Origin: Octopus sinensis | Lineage: Eukaryota | Assembly: GCF_006345805.1 (NCBI RefSeq) | Contig: NC_042997.1 | Coordinates: 160,022,001 to 160,086,000, forward strand | Direction: 5' to 3' | Length of the DNA stretch: 64,000 nucleotides | In this document: positions 52,229 through 64,000 of the stretch, in pieces | Layout: each line of letters opens with the position of its first letter | How positions within the stretch are numbered: the stretch's first letter is position 1 | Translations under genes and position numbers: made by a program | The notes under the pieces: generated by a model | The model's input: the letters and a program-made list of their open reading frames with translations, nothing else | Databases searched by the model: none | Told to the model about the DNA's origin: nothing

Positions 52229-52368
52229 TATATATATATATATTTCTTAACGCGCCGGAACTAAGACATTTGAAATTTTATCCTTAATGTAATCGGTAAA
52301 ACTAAGCACGTGTCTGTGTTGGCACAGAAAGCTGGGGTTAGTTTTTCGGATTGCATTTACACTGAACG

Positions 52369-52445
52369 ATTGTACTGATGAAGCCACGGACATTTGAATT
52401 ATGTAAGTAATTCTTTTGTTAAAGGCCGAAACCGAGGTATGCAAT
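52369..52445 (+). ncRNA. Type I hammerhead ribozyme motif with long stem II (HHR-5)
   Basis: ATTGTA-CTGATGA-AGCC...GAATTA/TAATTC...GGCC-GAAA-CCGAGG-TA-TGCAAT. 6-bp stem I, GUA site, A.C at 10.1/11.1. Confidence 0.75.
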
Positions 52446-52707
52446 TAATTCTGTTTTTTATATAAATTTTCATCTGTCCTGCCCGCCAAATTTGGTTCTG
52501 GTGTTCGCTGAATTTTTCCTCTAGAGAACTTTCTTTGTAGTTTGATCGTTGATGATCTATTTCTAGCATGCGGCCGACTACCTAGCAGTCATGCCCTGCC
52601 AATATACACATATATTAGAATTTTCTCTGATTTCTCAGATTTTTTGTATGCTAGACTACTGGTTTTAAATTGATATTAAAATTAATATTAATTTATCTCC
52701 CTCATTA

Positions 52708-52773
<66 letters not shown>

Positions 52774-53048
52774 ATTACACACATATACATACACAATGTT
52801 TTTGAATTCTTCAATTCGTCACAATTATGTTTTCCCACAGTCTTAACTCCCAACTCTAATCAAATGAGTTCAGTAATTTCCGTTTATCTGACTTTCTTGC
52901 AAATTTCGGGTTTCTTTAGATAACATGCTTCCCAAACTCTACTTGCAATGTGTTCATCTATATATAAACCCTCTCGTATATTATATCTACGAACCACTCT
53001 TACTCTTCACTTCCTCACTGACCGCTGATGCATATATATATGTATATA

Positions 53049-53109
<61 letters not shown>

Positions 53110-53112
<3 letters not shown>

Positions 53113-53517
53113 AGTGGCTGTGTGGTAAGTAGCTTGCTAACCAACCACATGGTTCCGGGTTAAATCCCACTGCGTGGCATCTTGGGCAAGTGTCTTCTGC
53201 TATAGCCCCGGGCCGACCAATGCCTTGTAAGTGGATTTGGTAGACGGAAACTGAAAGAAGCCTGTCGTATATATGTATATATATGTATATGTATGTGTAT
53301 GTGTTTGTGTGTCTGTGTTTGTACCCCTAGCATTGCTTGACAACCGATGTTGGTGTGTTTACGTCCCCGTCACTTAGCGGTTCGACAAAAGAGACCGATA
53401 GAATAAGTACTGGGCTTATAAAGAATAAGTCCCGGGGTCGAATTGCTCGACTAAAGGCGGTGCTTCAGCATGGCCGCAGTCAAATGACTGAAACATGTAA
53501 AGAGTAAAGAGTAAAGA
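53110..53517 (+). mobile_element. tRNA-derived SINE (Octopus OR/OK-like)
   Basis: Homologous to 3271-3623, with GAGTAAA tail repeats. Confidence 0.88.
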
Positions 53518-54763
53518 TATATATATATATATACATACATAACGCCCGAGTTTTGGAAGGTCTGAACTGGACATATATATATGCATGCATAATTATATAT
53601 ATACATACACACACATACATATATACATGCATACATCTGACGGGAATATCTTTGATCATACCGCGATCAAGATTTATCTAAGTCCCAAGAAGAACAATGA
53701 CAATAACATGTAAATGAAAAGAAACTTAAATTATTCTCAAAGATATATATAGAAAGAAAAATGCCAAAAATACAGTCATACATATAACTGGTTCTGCTGC
53801 AATCACGAGAACGCTAAGGTGTGCGAACTAAAGAATAAAAGAGGTGAAATGTAATACATAACAGTTCCTGAAATCAACAATTATAATATGCTTACTTATA
53901 CAGAAGCCCTTCACAGCAACGATTACAGATGGTATCATCTATTGTTTTACAAGCAGCCCTGTCAACGTTAAATTAAATAATACCAAAACGTAGAAAACTA
54001 TTCTGTATGTTTTATGTGTAGTTGTGTGTGAGAGTGTACGTATTGCATCAAAACGTCTCATTCATTATTTTCTTGCGGAAACTTTATACAATATTTCCAA
54101 AATGTCGATTGAGTTATTCTATCTTTTAGCGACGATCCTTGTTGCCACTTTACTGGTAATAAGACCTTAGCTGAAGCAAGAATTATTTAAGATAGAGAAC
54201 ATCATCGCACAAAAAAATACAATAACTGTTTTATTTAGATAAACTTATGTGTAAAGTTTCTTCTATAAATTACACTTATTTAATTTTTATATAAAGACAC
54301 CTTATTTCATGGAACCCTAGAATTTTTTCCACCGAGTTGTTTGAGAGACCCTGTTTTAATCCACTGATCAGAAAAAAGGCTTCTGCATCCAAGGATTTTG
54401 TACAGGCTGACACTATAATACGTAGTGGATGATACTATAATATTTTCATATATATTACAAGAAAGCACATCTTATATATCCATACCAGTGGTCGTACATC
54501 ATAACAGAACCATTTTCTGTTGAACCCATTTAATTAATCTATAGAAAAAACTTGATTTTTACAAAATATACTGCTAGAAGTTACTTTATATATAAACCTT
54601 ACACGCGCTAATCTCATACAGAAAAGACATGCACACATGCACACATTTGCACAATACGAACCAAAAGATAGACTCTATATGGTAGCAGCAAAATTGCCTT
54701 TAAATAAACATCCTAATTAATGCCTTACAAGGAAAAAATGACAAGTTTACGTAGGTCTAGATC

Positions 54764-54831
54764 AGTGGTTTTCAACCAGGGTTCCGCGAAACATTAGGGT
54801 TCCGCTCCAGTAAAAAGGTTGAAAAGCACTG
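54764..54831. mobile_element. 68-bp hAT/Charlie-type mini-element with 8-bp TSD
   Basis: TIRs CAGTGGTTTTCAACC / GGTTGAAAAGCACTG (14/15); TSD GTCTAGAT at 54756-54763 and 54832-54839. Confidence 0.9.
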
Positions 54832-55030
54832 GTCTAGATACATTATAAATTACGTTAAGATGATATTATTAAGCTTAAATGAAAATAACAAAAATTATTC
54901 TTGAACAATATGCGTAACACAATCCATCGTTGACCTACTAGAAACAGAAGTAAAATTTGTCTCAGATCACAAATATCCTCTTCAATAAGAAAATAACAGG
55001 GTCTAACATTAAGTGAAATAAAAAGTGATA

Positions 55031-55255
55031 CAGTAATCCTTCGTCTATCGCGGGTGTTACGTTTCAAAACACTACGCGATAAGTGAAAATCCGTGAAGTA
55101 GAAACAGTACTGTACTGTATATTTTTTTTTAAATTATTTTTACAAATTGTATACATTTATTTTATTATAAAGGCAAAACACCAGCACGGAGGAATCGATG
55201 TAAGCTTAAATAGTAAACCGCGATAGACGAACTGCGATATGGCGAGAAGTTATTG
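55031..55255. mobile_element. Tigger/pogo-like MITE, 24 bp from the PAN exon donor
   Basis: TA-flanked CAGTAATCCTTCG..TATCGCG and reciprocal CGCGAT/GCGATATGGCGAGAAGTTATTG termini. Confidence 0.65.
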
Positions 55256-55279
55256 TAATATGAAAAGAAAACTACTCAC

Positions 55280-55634
55280 GAGCTTGTAGCATGGTGTAAA
55301 TGCTGTTTGGAGGAATGTCGATGAATGATGAGGCATTAGGTAATTGCTTGATTTTACGTAGGATACGTACTTTCTCGGAAACGCTGTAAATAATCATACC
55401 ACATTTGGAATACGCCACACAGTGAGAAAAGCACTCAATTTTTGATCGGATGTTTGATATCTGATTCAACTTGTCAGCTTCTGGAATGCCAGTTACAGAA
55501 GGGTGAATACAGGTCCCATAATATTCTCGGCATGCTGCATTACCGCCCAAGCATATTTGGAATAGTAGCATTGAGAAAGTAATTGCGTAAAGATTCGCTT
55601 TTCGAATGACGGCAATAACTGATAACCAATACAT
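55280..55634 (-). CDS. First major coding exon (signal peptide + PAN/apple domain) of PAN-CTLD gene A
   Basis: ATG at 55634 (or acceptor at 55619). Hydrophobic LYAITFSMLLFQICLGG; ECFSHCVAYSKCGMIIY; GTGAGT donor at 55279, phase 1, matching exon 27856. Confidence 0.85.
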
Positions 55635-56091
55635 ATTTCTGTATTATATTGTGATAAATAGGACTTCAGACAGTTTACAAGTGAAAAATTAATTACCACA
55701 TCACATACACAACTTGCCTTGTTACATATATTTCGTTGCGTTTCAGTTTTGTACTGTTTTTTTTTGTTTTTTTTAAACAAGTTGAAAATGCCTCTGGAAA
55801 GAAACTGAACCGCGAGACACCCTAACTATGAATTTCTGCCAATGCTAGGAAATATTTTGTAATTAAACGTGTGTGGGTGTGTGTGTATGCACGCGCGTGC
55901 GTACGAGCGTGTTTTTGTGTATGTTTGTACGTGTGTCCGTGTGTGAGTGCCTGTGCTTGTGTGTGTATATAGAAATATACAGACAGACAAGTTTATACCT
56001 GCAGTGTAGAGGAGTGATCGTAACATTTAAATTTTATGTTGTTACTTAAACGCAAATGCGCACAAAAATATATAATTCATACTCTTACATA

Positions 56092-56172
<81 letters not shown>

Positions 56173-56813
56173 GTATATGTATTTGCCTGAAGATCAACAG
56201 TAAAACTTCTTTTCAATTATTGAATGCGTGTGCAGTGTGTGTGTGCGTGTACATGTGTGAATGTATATATATTAAATGAAATGAGACAACAAACCCAAAG
56301 CTGTGTGAAATTTATAGGTCATTTATAAAGAGGAAGGTAGTCTTACTGCTGTTTTGGGAATATTAGGGATATCCCTTCATCACAGACGATAAGAGAAAGT
56401 TAACTAGAAGGAAATAGTAGAGTTCAATATCAGGCGTTATTTTGGAAAAGGATGGATATAGAAAGTATAAAGGGAAATAACAGAATAAAAATAAAAGTAA
56501 AAATATATGTTGGATGTTACAGTTGCAGTTCCATTATTCAAGGAAAGTGCTGTGTACAATGGGTAGAGATGATTCTTGTTCATGGTATGTAGATTCCGAC
56601 AGGAGTTCATGTCTTTTTATTATAAGAGGATAGTATGTAAAACTACCTTTCTCTCTATAAATGTCCTATAAATTCCACGCAGCCTTGGTTTTGTTGTTTC
56701 ATTTTATTTAACATATATATGCTCACACAAAACCCCCCATTAGGCTCCTCACGTGTACTATTATCGAACGAGAGTCTAACTACGGTCCTCCCGTAGCACT
56801 TACACAGCCTTAC

Positions 56814-56820
56814 CTGCCAT
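56814..56820 (-). CDS. Candidate upstream micro coding exon (ATG GCA G) for gene A
   Basis: caagATGGCAG|GTAAGG: strong donor, phase 1, would give MAVIAVIRKANL... after the 55619 acceptor. No transcript evidence. Confidence 0.3.
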
Positions 56821-56899
56821 CTTGGGTCTTCTTGATACCAATACCTCTCGTACCTTATGTGTGTGTATATGTCATTTTCTTTGAGTTTTATTTCATTTC

Positions 56900-59030
56900 T
56901 TCTTAAGACAGTCCAAGCCGGTCGCTAACAAAGCGACTAGAACTTTTGAGTTAAGAGACTTTCGCATGTTTGTAATTATCTGCTCGAGTTGGTACGTCGG
57001 CATCAGCGCTGGCGGTGCAAAAACATTCTGAGATATAGTCTTGTTAAATGCTTATAGCTCTGAGTTCCATATTTTCAGGTCTCCACAGAAGTATTCATTT
57101 ATTGTTCTGGCATTAGTCAGAGCACCGACGTATGCAACTATCTCGTGGATACTTGTAGGATACATCATTAGGGACAGGAGCGATAGACAAGCCGTTTGTG
57201 TATATTTTCTGTTTGATCGGCAATCTTTCTTCGGCTGACTATCATGCATGAAAATTTACCTTGCCCAAACTCCATTCCTGCATCTCGTGAGAATGTTGTA
57301 ATTATTTCGAACTGTCTATTGATACTCATCATATTAGCAGAACGTAATTTTAGGCCACCATCAACATAGGTATGGGTGACATCCATTTTACTCTTTTCTA
57401 TATATTCTAGCATATAGCGTTGGCATTTTGTTAAACAGGATTGACAAGGGATTCACTGCCTGCACAAACAACATCACAGATAAACTATGATTCTTGAATA
57501 TGCCTGCTGGTTGTTTAATTCTGTTTGTAACCATAGGTGTTGCTGGCGATACCTGTGTGAAGCATGGTTTGGTCAGTCGTTCAATGGCATTCAATATAGC
57601 ACCTGGTACTTTGAAAAAGTGTTATTATTTTATCATCTAGGAGTGAGGCACAAAGTCGAACGCCTTCTTGTAGTCTAGCTAAGTTGTTAAGTGATTACAG
57701 TGATAGTGCTGAGCTTCCTTAAGAAGAGCTTTGTTGAGGAAGCACAGCCAGAGATTACTTTTTTTTCTTCCAGCCTGTACATTGGTTATTAAACCATTTT
57801 TTCGCATTGGTCTCGGAGAAATATATTTAGACAACCTCTCTGCAGCTTGCACATAACATTCTAGCATACTATGGGCCAATAGTATTTGGCCGCCTGAGTC
57901 TCATTGCTCTTGAGAATAAGGGTAGTCCGTGCAACTGTCAATCTGGCATATTTAGCTCAGCGTCTATTGTTTCTTTAAATATATTCATGAGAATTCCTCT
58001 GTAGAACGTGAAGTTTTGTACCAGTAGCCTACTCTCAGGTCTCTCCCGGGCGATTTTTCTATTCAGTAGTTTCATAATATGTTCTATGATGTTATATGCT
58101 TTGGGAGAGGCATTTACAAAATACTCTCTCGTTTAAACATGATGTCTCGCTATTATGTACTTTGTTTACATTCCAGATTTCTCTCGAAAGTAAATCTAGG
58201 TTTTCCTAGGGAGGATCATATACTATCTTGATTTTATCGCCTTGCCTACTGCAATATATAGTTGGTGGATTTCGAACAAACTTTCGGTTTCCCATTTTTC
58301 GTTCGTGCAAATTCTGTTATAACGCTCGTAGATCGTGGTTGAGAGTATTCAGCCTGCCTATGGGTGTTTCCCGGTGCAGTGCTAATACAATGCCGAGAAT
58401 CTATCATGCCGTCGTAGCTGGTGATTCCTGAACTCATTTTAGTCTTTGCCTTTAATGATAGTGTCCAAATGCCCTATCATGTTCCTGAGTTGGTTGATTT
58501 TCTTTAATAAGTGAACTAATCGATTTTGGGCCAGTACTATCCTTTGGGTTTGTCCCTTTTCTTCCATCTGTTGGTACACAGTTACTTCGATAGAGTAAAG
58601 CAGAACATTTATTGTCCAAAAGTCGGGAGTTTGGATTTGAGCTAGTTGTTCTCTCGCAATTTTGTCGGTGGCTGATAATATCATGTCGGTGGGGTTTTTT
58701 TCCCAACTCATGTCGGTATTGCTTACTCATGCAGTGCTTTATGTATAAAGTCGTGAAGTTCTACTTCAACTTCGGTGCAAGCTGCGATTTTAGTATTTTA
58801 TATTCTTCACTTGCTTTTGTGAGGTCATATCTGATCCCCACATGTCCGTGCAATGGTAACGGTTTGTTATTGTTGTGTTTGTATTGACCGTATTTCTTCT
58901 CGTTCACAGTGACTTCGCGGAAAATATTTACTGTGTTGTTAATACGGGTACTATCATTTGTGCGTTTTGGCTGAATGATTTTATTCGGCAGGGTGCTGTG
59001 TTTCTTTCCAACATATATAAATTGCTGGTG
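56900..59030 (-). mobile_element. Old R4/Dong-like LINE remnant
   Basis: YVDGGLKL...FSRDAGMEFGQGK and LKIWNSEL..FNKT remnants; many stops. Confidence 0.65.
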
Positions 59031-59599
59031 TAATAGTTTTTGTTTTTTTTTGTAAAATTTGAGTATGTTGGGTATTCCTTATCCCAATATTCTTTGTCTT
59101 CCCATATGGCCTATCGTGGGATCTCCCTTAGCCTTTCTGCATGTATGTATGTATGTATGTATGTATGTATGTATGTATGTATGTATGTATGTATGTATGT
59201 ATGTATGTGTGTGTATGTATGTGCTTGACACTTTTTAAAGGAGAAGTTTTGTACAGTATAATCCAAAAAGAAACGCAAGTTGACTTCATTGGGTGCATTT
59301 GCAGTCGCAGGTTTTATATCAGAGTGTGCTTCTCCCAGTCTTTGCCCAAACAAACTCTAACTACAAGACAGCAGTCAAGTATTTAAATTCAGAGTTACTT
59401 TCTCTTAGATAGACTGCCTTCGTCATGGCTTGGGTAAACAGAGGAGCTCTATCCAGCCCTTATCTATTTATTTAAAAAAATTAAAATACGAGAAATAAAT
59501 ACAAATTAAAAATTGAGATAAAAACAGTAAAATTGAAAATGATATTGACATACAATATATATAAATAAAAAAACACAATATACAATGATGGGGCTATTA

Positions 59600-59845
59600 A
59601 AATTCATAACAATGCGTGTAAAATGTGGAAGGGTATGCCTCTCAGTTGGAGGTCTAAAAAGACATGTTAAGAGAGTGCATATGGTGGCGCCTGTTTCTCC
59701 TGCCAGCCAGCACAGTTATCTAGTATGTAATAAAATGTGTAAAAGCTTGGCCGGGTTTAAAAGTCATATAAGGGCATCACATGATGAATCATTTCAGTAA
59801 GTCTTCTTGACAATGTCTTTTCTAGTGTAACGAGGTTGCAGCTGT
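59600..59845 (+). mobile_element. Probable RTE-type LINE 3' end with two C2H2-like motifs and a (TATG)n tail
   Basis: CGRVCLSVGGLKRHVKRVH and CNKMCKSLAGFKSHIRASH, then a stop and a TATG tail. Confidence 0.45.
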
Positions 59846-61329
59846 GATGTATGTATGTATGTGCTTAGAACACAGTTTAGTGATTGAATTAGCTATCAAT
59901 CATACAGATAGGTAACTGAATATACAAAGTGAAATTTCCAATTCCCTACAAATTTTTTCTTAAATCAAAAAGTATTTTTATGTTGGAAGAATGAGGCGTG
60001 CCCAAATTTGAATGAAAACATCACCAAGAGTCGAAATTAGATCATTCATGGCTTTATGTCTGCTGATAAACATGTAGAGACAAATGTTGCATGTCATCAC
60101 ATTTTATAAAAAGAAAATTAACCTCTTGATTTCAGGAAACCCTGAGTCTTCTCACGCACTCCAGAATACAATAATGTAGTTCATCATTGTTTGTTTTCTT
60201 GAGTTTATCCAGCCAGCAGCTTCTTTCTTAACTGAATGGGAGGAGAAATTTTCATTGGGCACTATACTGATCCAACTGATATAACAAAAACAACAACACT
60301 AACATCAACATCAGCAGTAGCAATATTCACAACAATTAAGCATATTCGGACTGATAATAACAGTACAGTTTTACGTATCACTGCTTAGCGTTCCCCATCT
60401 GTACGGTGTGCCGCTGCACAGCGCTATCAGTCGCCGTATGGCAACTGGAAAATTATAAGGGAGTCAGTATCTTCAATCAGCTCGCAGCGCCGCCTGCCTG
60501 GTGTCTGTGACCGAAGAGGAGATAACTACTCCAAAATGCCTGCATCTCACGGTCTGGGTAGGTGGTACTACGACATGATCTAGGTGTATTCGCACCACGT
60601 GTCTACAAATGGGATATATCGTCCGTGACAAAATTCAGTGAGTAGCTTGTTCACCGGTTCGAACATGCTTCAAGGAAATTCGAACTGATAACAGCAGTAC
60701 AATTCTAATTATCACTGCTTATCACTCCCCTCTGTAATAAACAACAATAGCAACAACCACAACAACACTAACAAAAGAAACCACTGTAATAGTGGTAGCA
60801 GCAACAACAGGAGCTACAGTAGCTGCAATAATAGCAGTAGCAGAATCTGTAACAGCAACTGTAGCAGCAGCAGTAATATCTACAGGAAGGGTAATAACAT
60901 AGGTTGCAGTAGTAGCTGCGGTGTAGGCACCAGCAACAGCACTAACAATACCACTAGCAACAACAACAACTACAACAGCCACAAAAATAAGGTTTCTTTC
61001 GATGGTGTGGTAAACATAAAAAGAATTTTTATACTTTCCCTGGATGATAAATGCTCAAAAAAATTGGATGCAACTAGATTTAGGAAAATTGAATGGAGAA
61101 AGTTATATATTGTCCAAATCCTGAAACTCTAGCTGCAAGGGCTTGTAAAACAGTTGCATTCAGATGTTTTAGTTTTAAATTTTGAAGACTGGGGACGATC
61201 ACAAACGCCAAATACAAAGTGCCCGTCGCAATATATGGCACAACATCAGACATATATCTCGAGCGAGTCAGTTCGGTGGAGTCGAGGTATTCTTTAAAAC
61301 TGAGGAATTGACAGTAAAACAATCAGTGT

Positions 61330-62285
61330 ATCAGTATAGTTTGTTTCTGTTTTGTATTTTGTCATCTCCTTGTGAATACAGAAAAGTTTTCTTTCTCTCA
61401 TGTTGCTTTACTACATGCAGTAGTCATCCACTCTTTGCATCTAAGTGCTTTGCTAGTTCAGCTGTCATTATTTTATAGTAATTCTCTGTCTGTATCAGGC
61501 CGCGGCCTCCTTCTGAGCGGGATAGGTATATTCTGTCTGCGTGTGCTTTGCGGTGGTGCCTTCGATACGCTGTTAGTAGGTTTCTGCTTTTTTCTATCTA
61601 GGTTTTTCTGTTCACTGATCTTCCAGTTTATTATGTTAAAGCTGTACTTTATGACGGGTATGGCTTGCGTGTTTATCCCTATTATCTTATTTTTAATATT
61701 AAGTTCAGTGTTTAATATTAGTCTAACTCTTCTCTAATACTCTCTCCTAATTTTCGTGTTTGTCTTTCTCCTCTTACAGTTCTCTATGAATGGCTCAGTT
61801 TACTAGAAGTTGCTCCTTACAGCCTTACATGCCACTCCAGCACCTTTTTTGCTCTTATGATTAAACATTGTTGTTTTCCAGATGCTATATAAGACGGTTA
61901 TAGATGACTGCTGTTACGGTCTTGTACATTGTTGATAGGCATGTTATTGGTCTGTAATTTTGTGAGTGTACGGTGTCTTTGTTTTTTGGAAATTAGAGTG
62001 ATTTGTTCTTCAAGCTTTTGGTATTGATTCTGCCTCACTCAACAATAAATCGAACGCTGCCGCTAAGGGGTTATGAGTACTGGTGAGTTGTTGCAACCAG
62101 AAATTAGGAACCTTGTCTATCCCTGGAGTTTTTTCCAGTTGCTGGTACTCCTCAAATTGTCCCTGATCTCTTGGCTTCTGATGGTGGGCCATATCTGTTG
62201 TTCTATTGTGTTCTTTCGTTTTTCCTTTTCCCTATTAATCCACTGCGCATTTTTGGTGTGCTTTTTGTCTGATTTGCTCCATATT
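61330..62285 (-). mobile_element. R4/Dong-like LINE fragment starting at an (AAT)n tract
   Basis: KTPGIDKVPNFWLQQLTSTH in ORF 62010-62192(-). Confidence 0.7.
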
Positions 62286-62320
62286 GCTTATTATTATTAC
62301 TATCATTATCATCATCATCA

Positions 62321-62390
<70 letters not shown>

Positions 62391-62397
62391 TATTATT

Positions 62398-62719
62398 GAG
62401 TGAGAGAGCAGTGCATGCCATCAAAGTGACTCTGGGGTAAAATATACAAAGCCTAGTAGACCCATCATGACTACCCGTCTGATAAGGGTACACTAGGCAC
62501 ATGCATCACAACCATATGTGCGCTACATGGTGATCTCATATCAATATAAACAGCATATGACCTTGCAGGTGTGGCCCAGTCAAAATTTTCTTCTGGTCGA
62601 GTAACCGATCCCGTTCAAAAGGTTCCTGAATCAAGGTTGTTTGAGGATATTGAACGAAACACCCATGTTTCCAGAATCCCTCTCAACACTTGGCTATGAT
62701 GCTCCACCAATACTTCTCT
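62398..62719 (-). mobile_element. Non-coding (AAT)n-associated retroposon, copy 3
   Basis: Reverse-complement homology to 49210-49523; same 3' end followed by (AAT)n on its own strand. Confidence 0.8.
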
Positions 62720-62766
<47 letters not shown>

Positions 62767-62856
62767 TAATATTATTATTATTATTAATTTTATTATTATC
62801 ATTATTATTATTATTATTATTATTACTATTATTATTATTATTACTATTATCATTAC

Positions 62857-62916
<60 letters not shown>

Positions 62917-62948
62917 CATCATTATCATTATTACTATTATTATTGTTA

Positions 62949-63030
<82 letters not shown>

Positions 63031-63034
63031 TATT

Positions 63035-63180
63035 ATGAAGGCGGTTAGCTGGAATAATCATAGGTCCACCGAGTAAAATACTTGGTGACATTTAGTCCGT
63101 CGTTACGTCCTTAGTTCAAATTCCGCTGCAGTCGACTTTGCCCTTCGTCCTTACGCGGTCGATAAAATAAGTGCCAATCA
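63035..63180 (+). mobile_element. Decayed tRNA-derived SINE, second family
   Basis: GGCGGTTAGCTGG...GTTCAAATTCCGC...GTCGACTTTGCC, homologous to 63762-64000. Confidence 0.7.
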
Positions 63181-63205
63181 AACAACATGCATCTACAACA
63201 TGAAT

Positions 63206-63259
<54 letters not shown>

Positions 63260-63761
63260 AAATGAGAAACAATTATAGCATTTTTCTTTCGATGGTTTTT
63301 ATAACTTGTCACTTATGTTTCAATAAACTTAGCTATCAAGCAACTTTCTCCTTGCCTTTTCCATTCCTTTTAGCCTATCTGGTCCTCGAGTTCCCCATGT
63401 AATATTTTAACAGTTCGCAATAAACAATCTGTTATTTATTACTAGCAATGATATGTCGTGACGGAAAGAGAGCTGCATCTGAGAACTAAGTTTCTATTAA
63501 ATACTAAATGACACTCATAGTAGAACGTCCAGCTTGCTGCTACATGGTGTCTATGGATGAGACTAGGAGCAGTTTGTTTAAAAGAAAGCAACAATAACCT
63601 AAATACTACTGATAAAAATCCTTTCTACAATAGGCACTATTTCTGAAATTTTTGTCGGACGGGTTCTTCTATGCTAAACTGGTAATTATCTGCACTCGGA
63701 AATATTTTATTGATTCTGAAAGGATAAAAGACAAAGTCGACATCGACGGTATTTGACTACA

Positions 63762-64000
63762 GTAAGGCGTGGAGCTGGCAGAATCGTTTGCACGCCAGGC
63801 GAAATGCTTAGTGGTATTTCGTCTGCCGCTAAGTACTGAGTTCAAATTCCGCCGAGGTCGACTTTGCCTTTCATACTTTCGAGGTCGATTAAATAAGTAC
63901 CAAATACGCACTGGGGTCGATGTAATCGACTTAATACCTATATCTGTCCTTGTTTGTCCCTTCTGTGTTTAGCCCCTTGTGGAAAATAAAGAAATAGGTA
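63762..64000 (+). mobile_element. tRNA-derived SINE, second family
   Basis: GGCGTGGAGCTGGCAGAATCG A-box-like, GAGTTCAAATTCC B-box, and a GGGGTCGAT core shared with the other SINE. Confidence 0.8.

Noticed and set aside
59585-59800. Host C2H2 zinc-finger gene
   Set aside because: No TGEKP linkers or splice sites, and it ends in a (TATG)n tail; better explained as a LINE C-terminus.
60722-60982. Ala/Thr/Val-rich membrane-protein-like ORF
   Set aside because: Degenerate CAA/CAG/TAG trinucleotide DNA with a non-ATG start; no domain or splice support.

Overview
AT-rich eukaryotic genomic DNA, inferred to be an octopod cephalopod (Octopus-type tRNA-derived SINEs, very dense TA/CA/AAT microsatellites, R4/Dong, Tx1, CR1 and Penelope retroelements). 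No prokaryotic features or CRISPR arrays. The only host genes I can support are two tandem minus-strand paralogs of a secreted PAN/apple + C-type lectin gene. One is complete (exons 55634-55280, 27856-27677, 26109-25877; 255 aa when spliced by hand; 27.4-kb first intron). The other shows only its PAN exon (1980-1648) and appears to lack an ATG. Most of the rest is decayed transposable elements. The most notable signal absent from the ORF track is a set of type I hammerhead ribozyme motifs with palindromic stem III: five recognisable (2466-2528, 2815-2897, 3879-3923, 13449-13500, 52369-52445) plus decayed copies. They sit in small inverted-repeat- or direct-repeat-bounded cassettes resembling Penelope pseudo-LTRs or retrozymes. 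Other highlights: a 732-bp near-perfect palindrome, a stack of retroelements inserted serially into (AAT)n tracts inside the lectin intron, and a 1.6-kb tandem duplication that may be an assembly artefact. All structure and family calls were made by eye, without alignments or database searches; TE boundaries are approximate.
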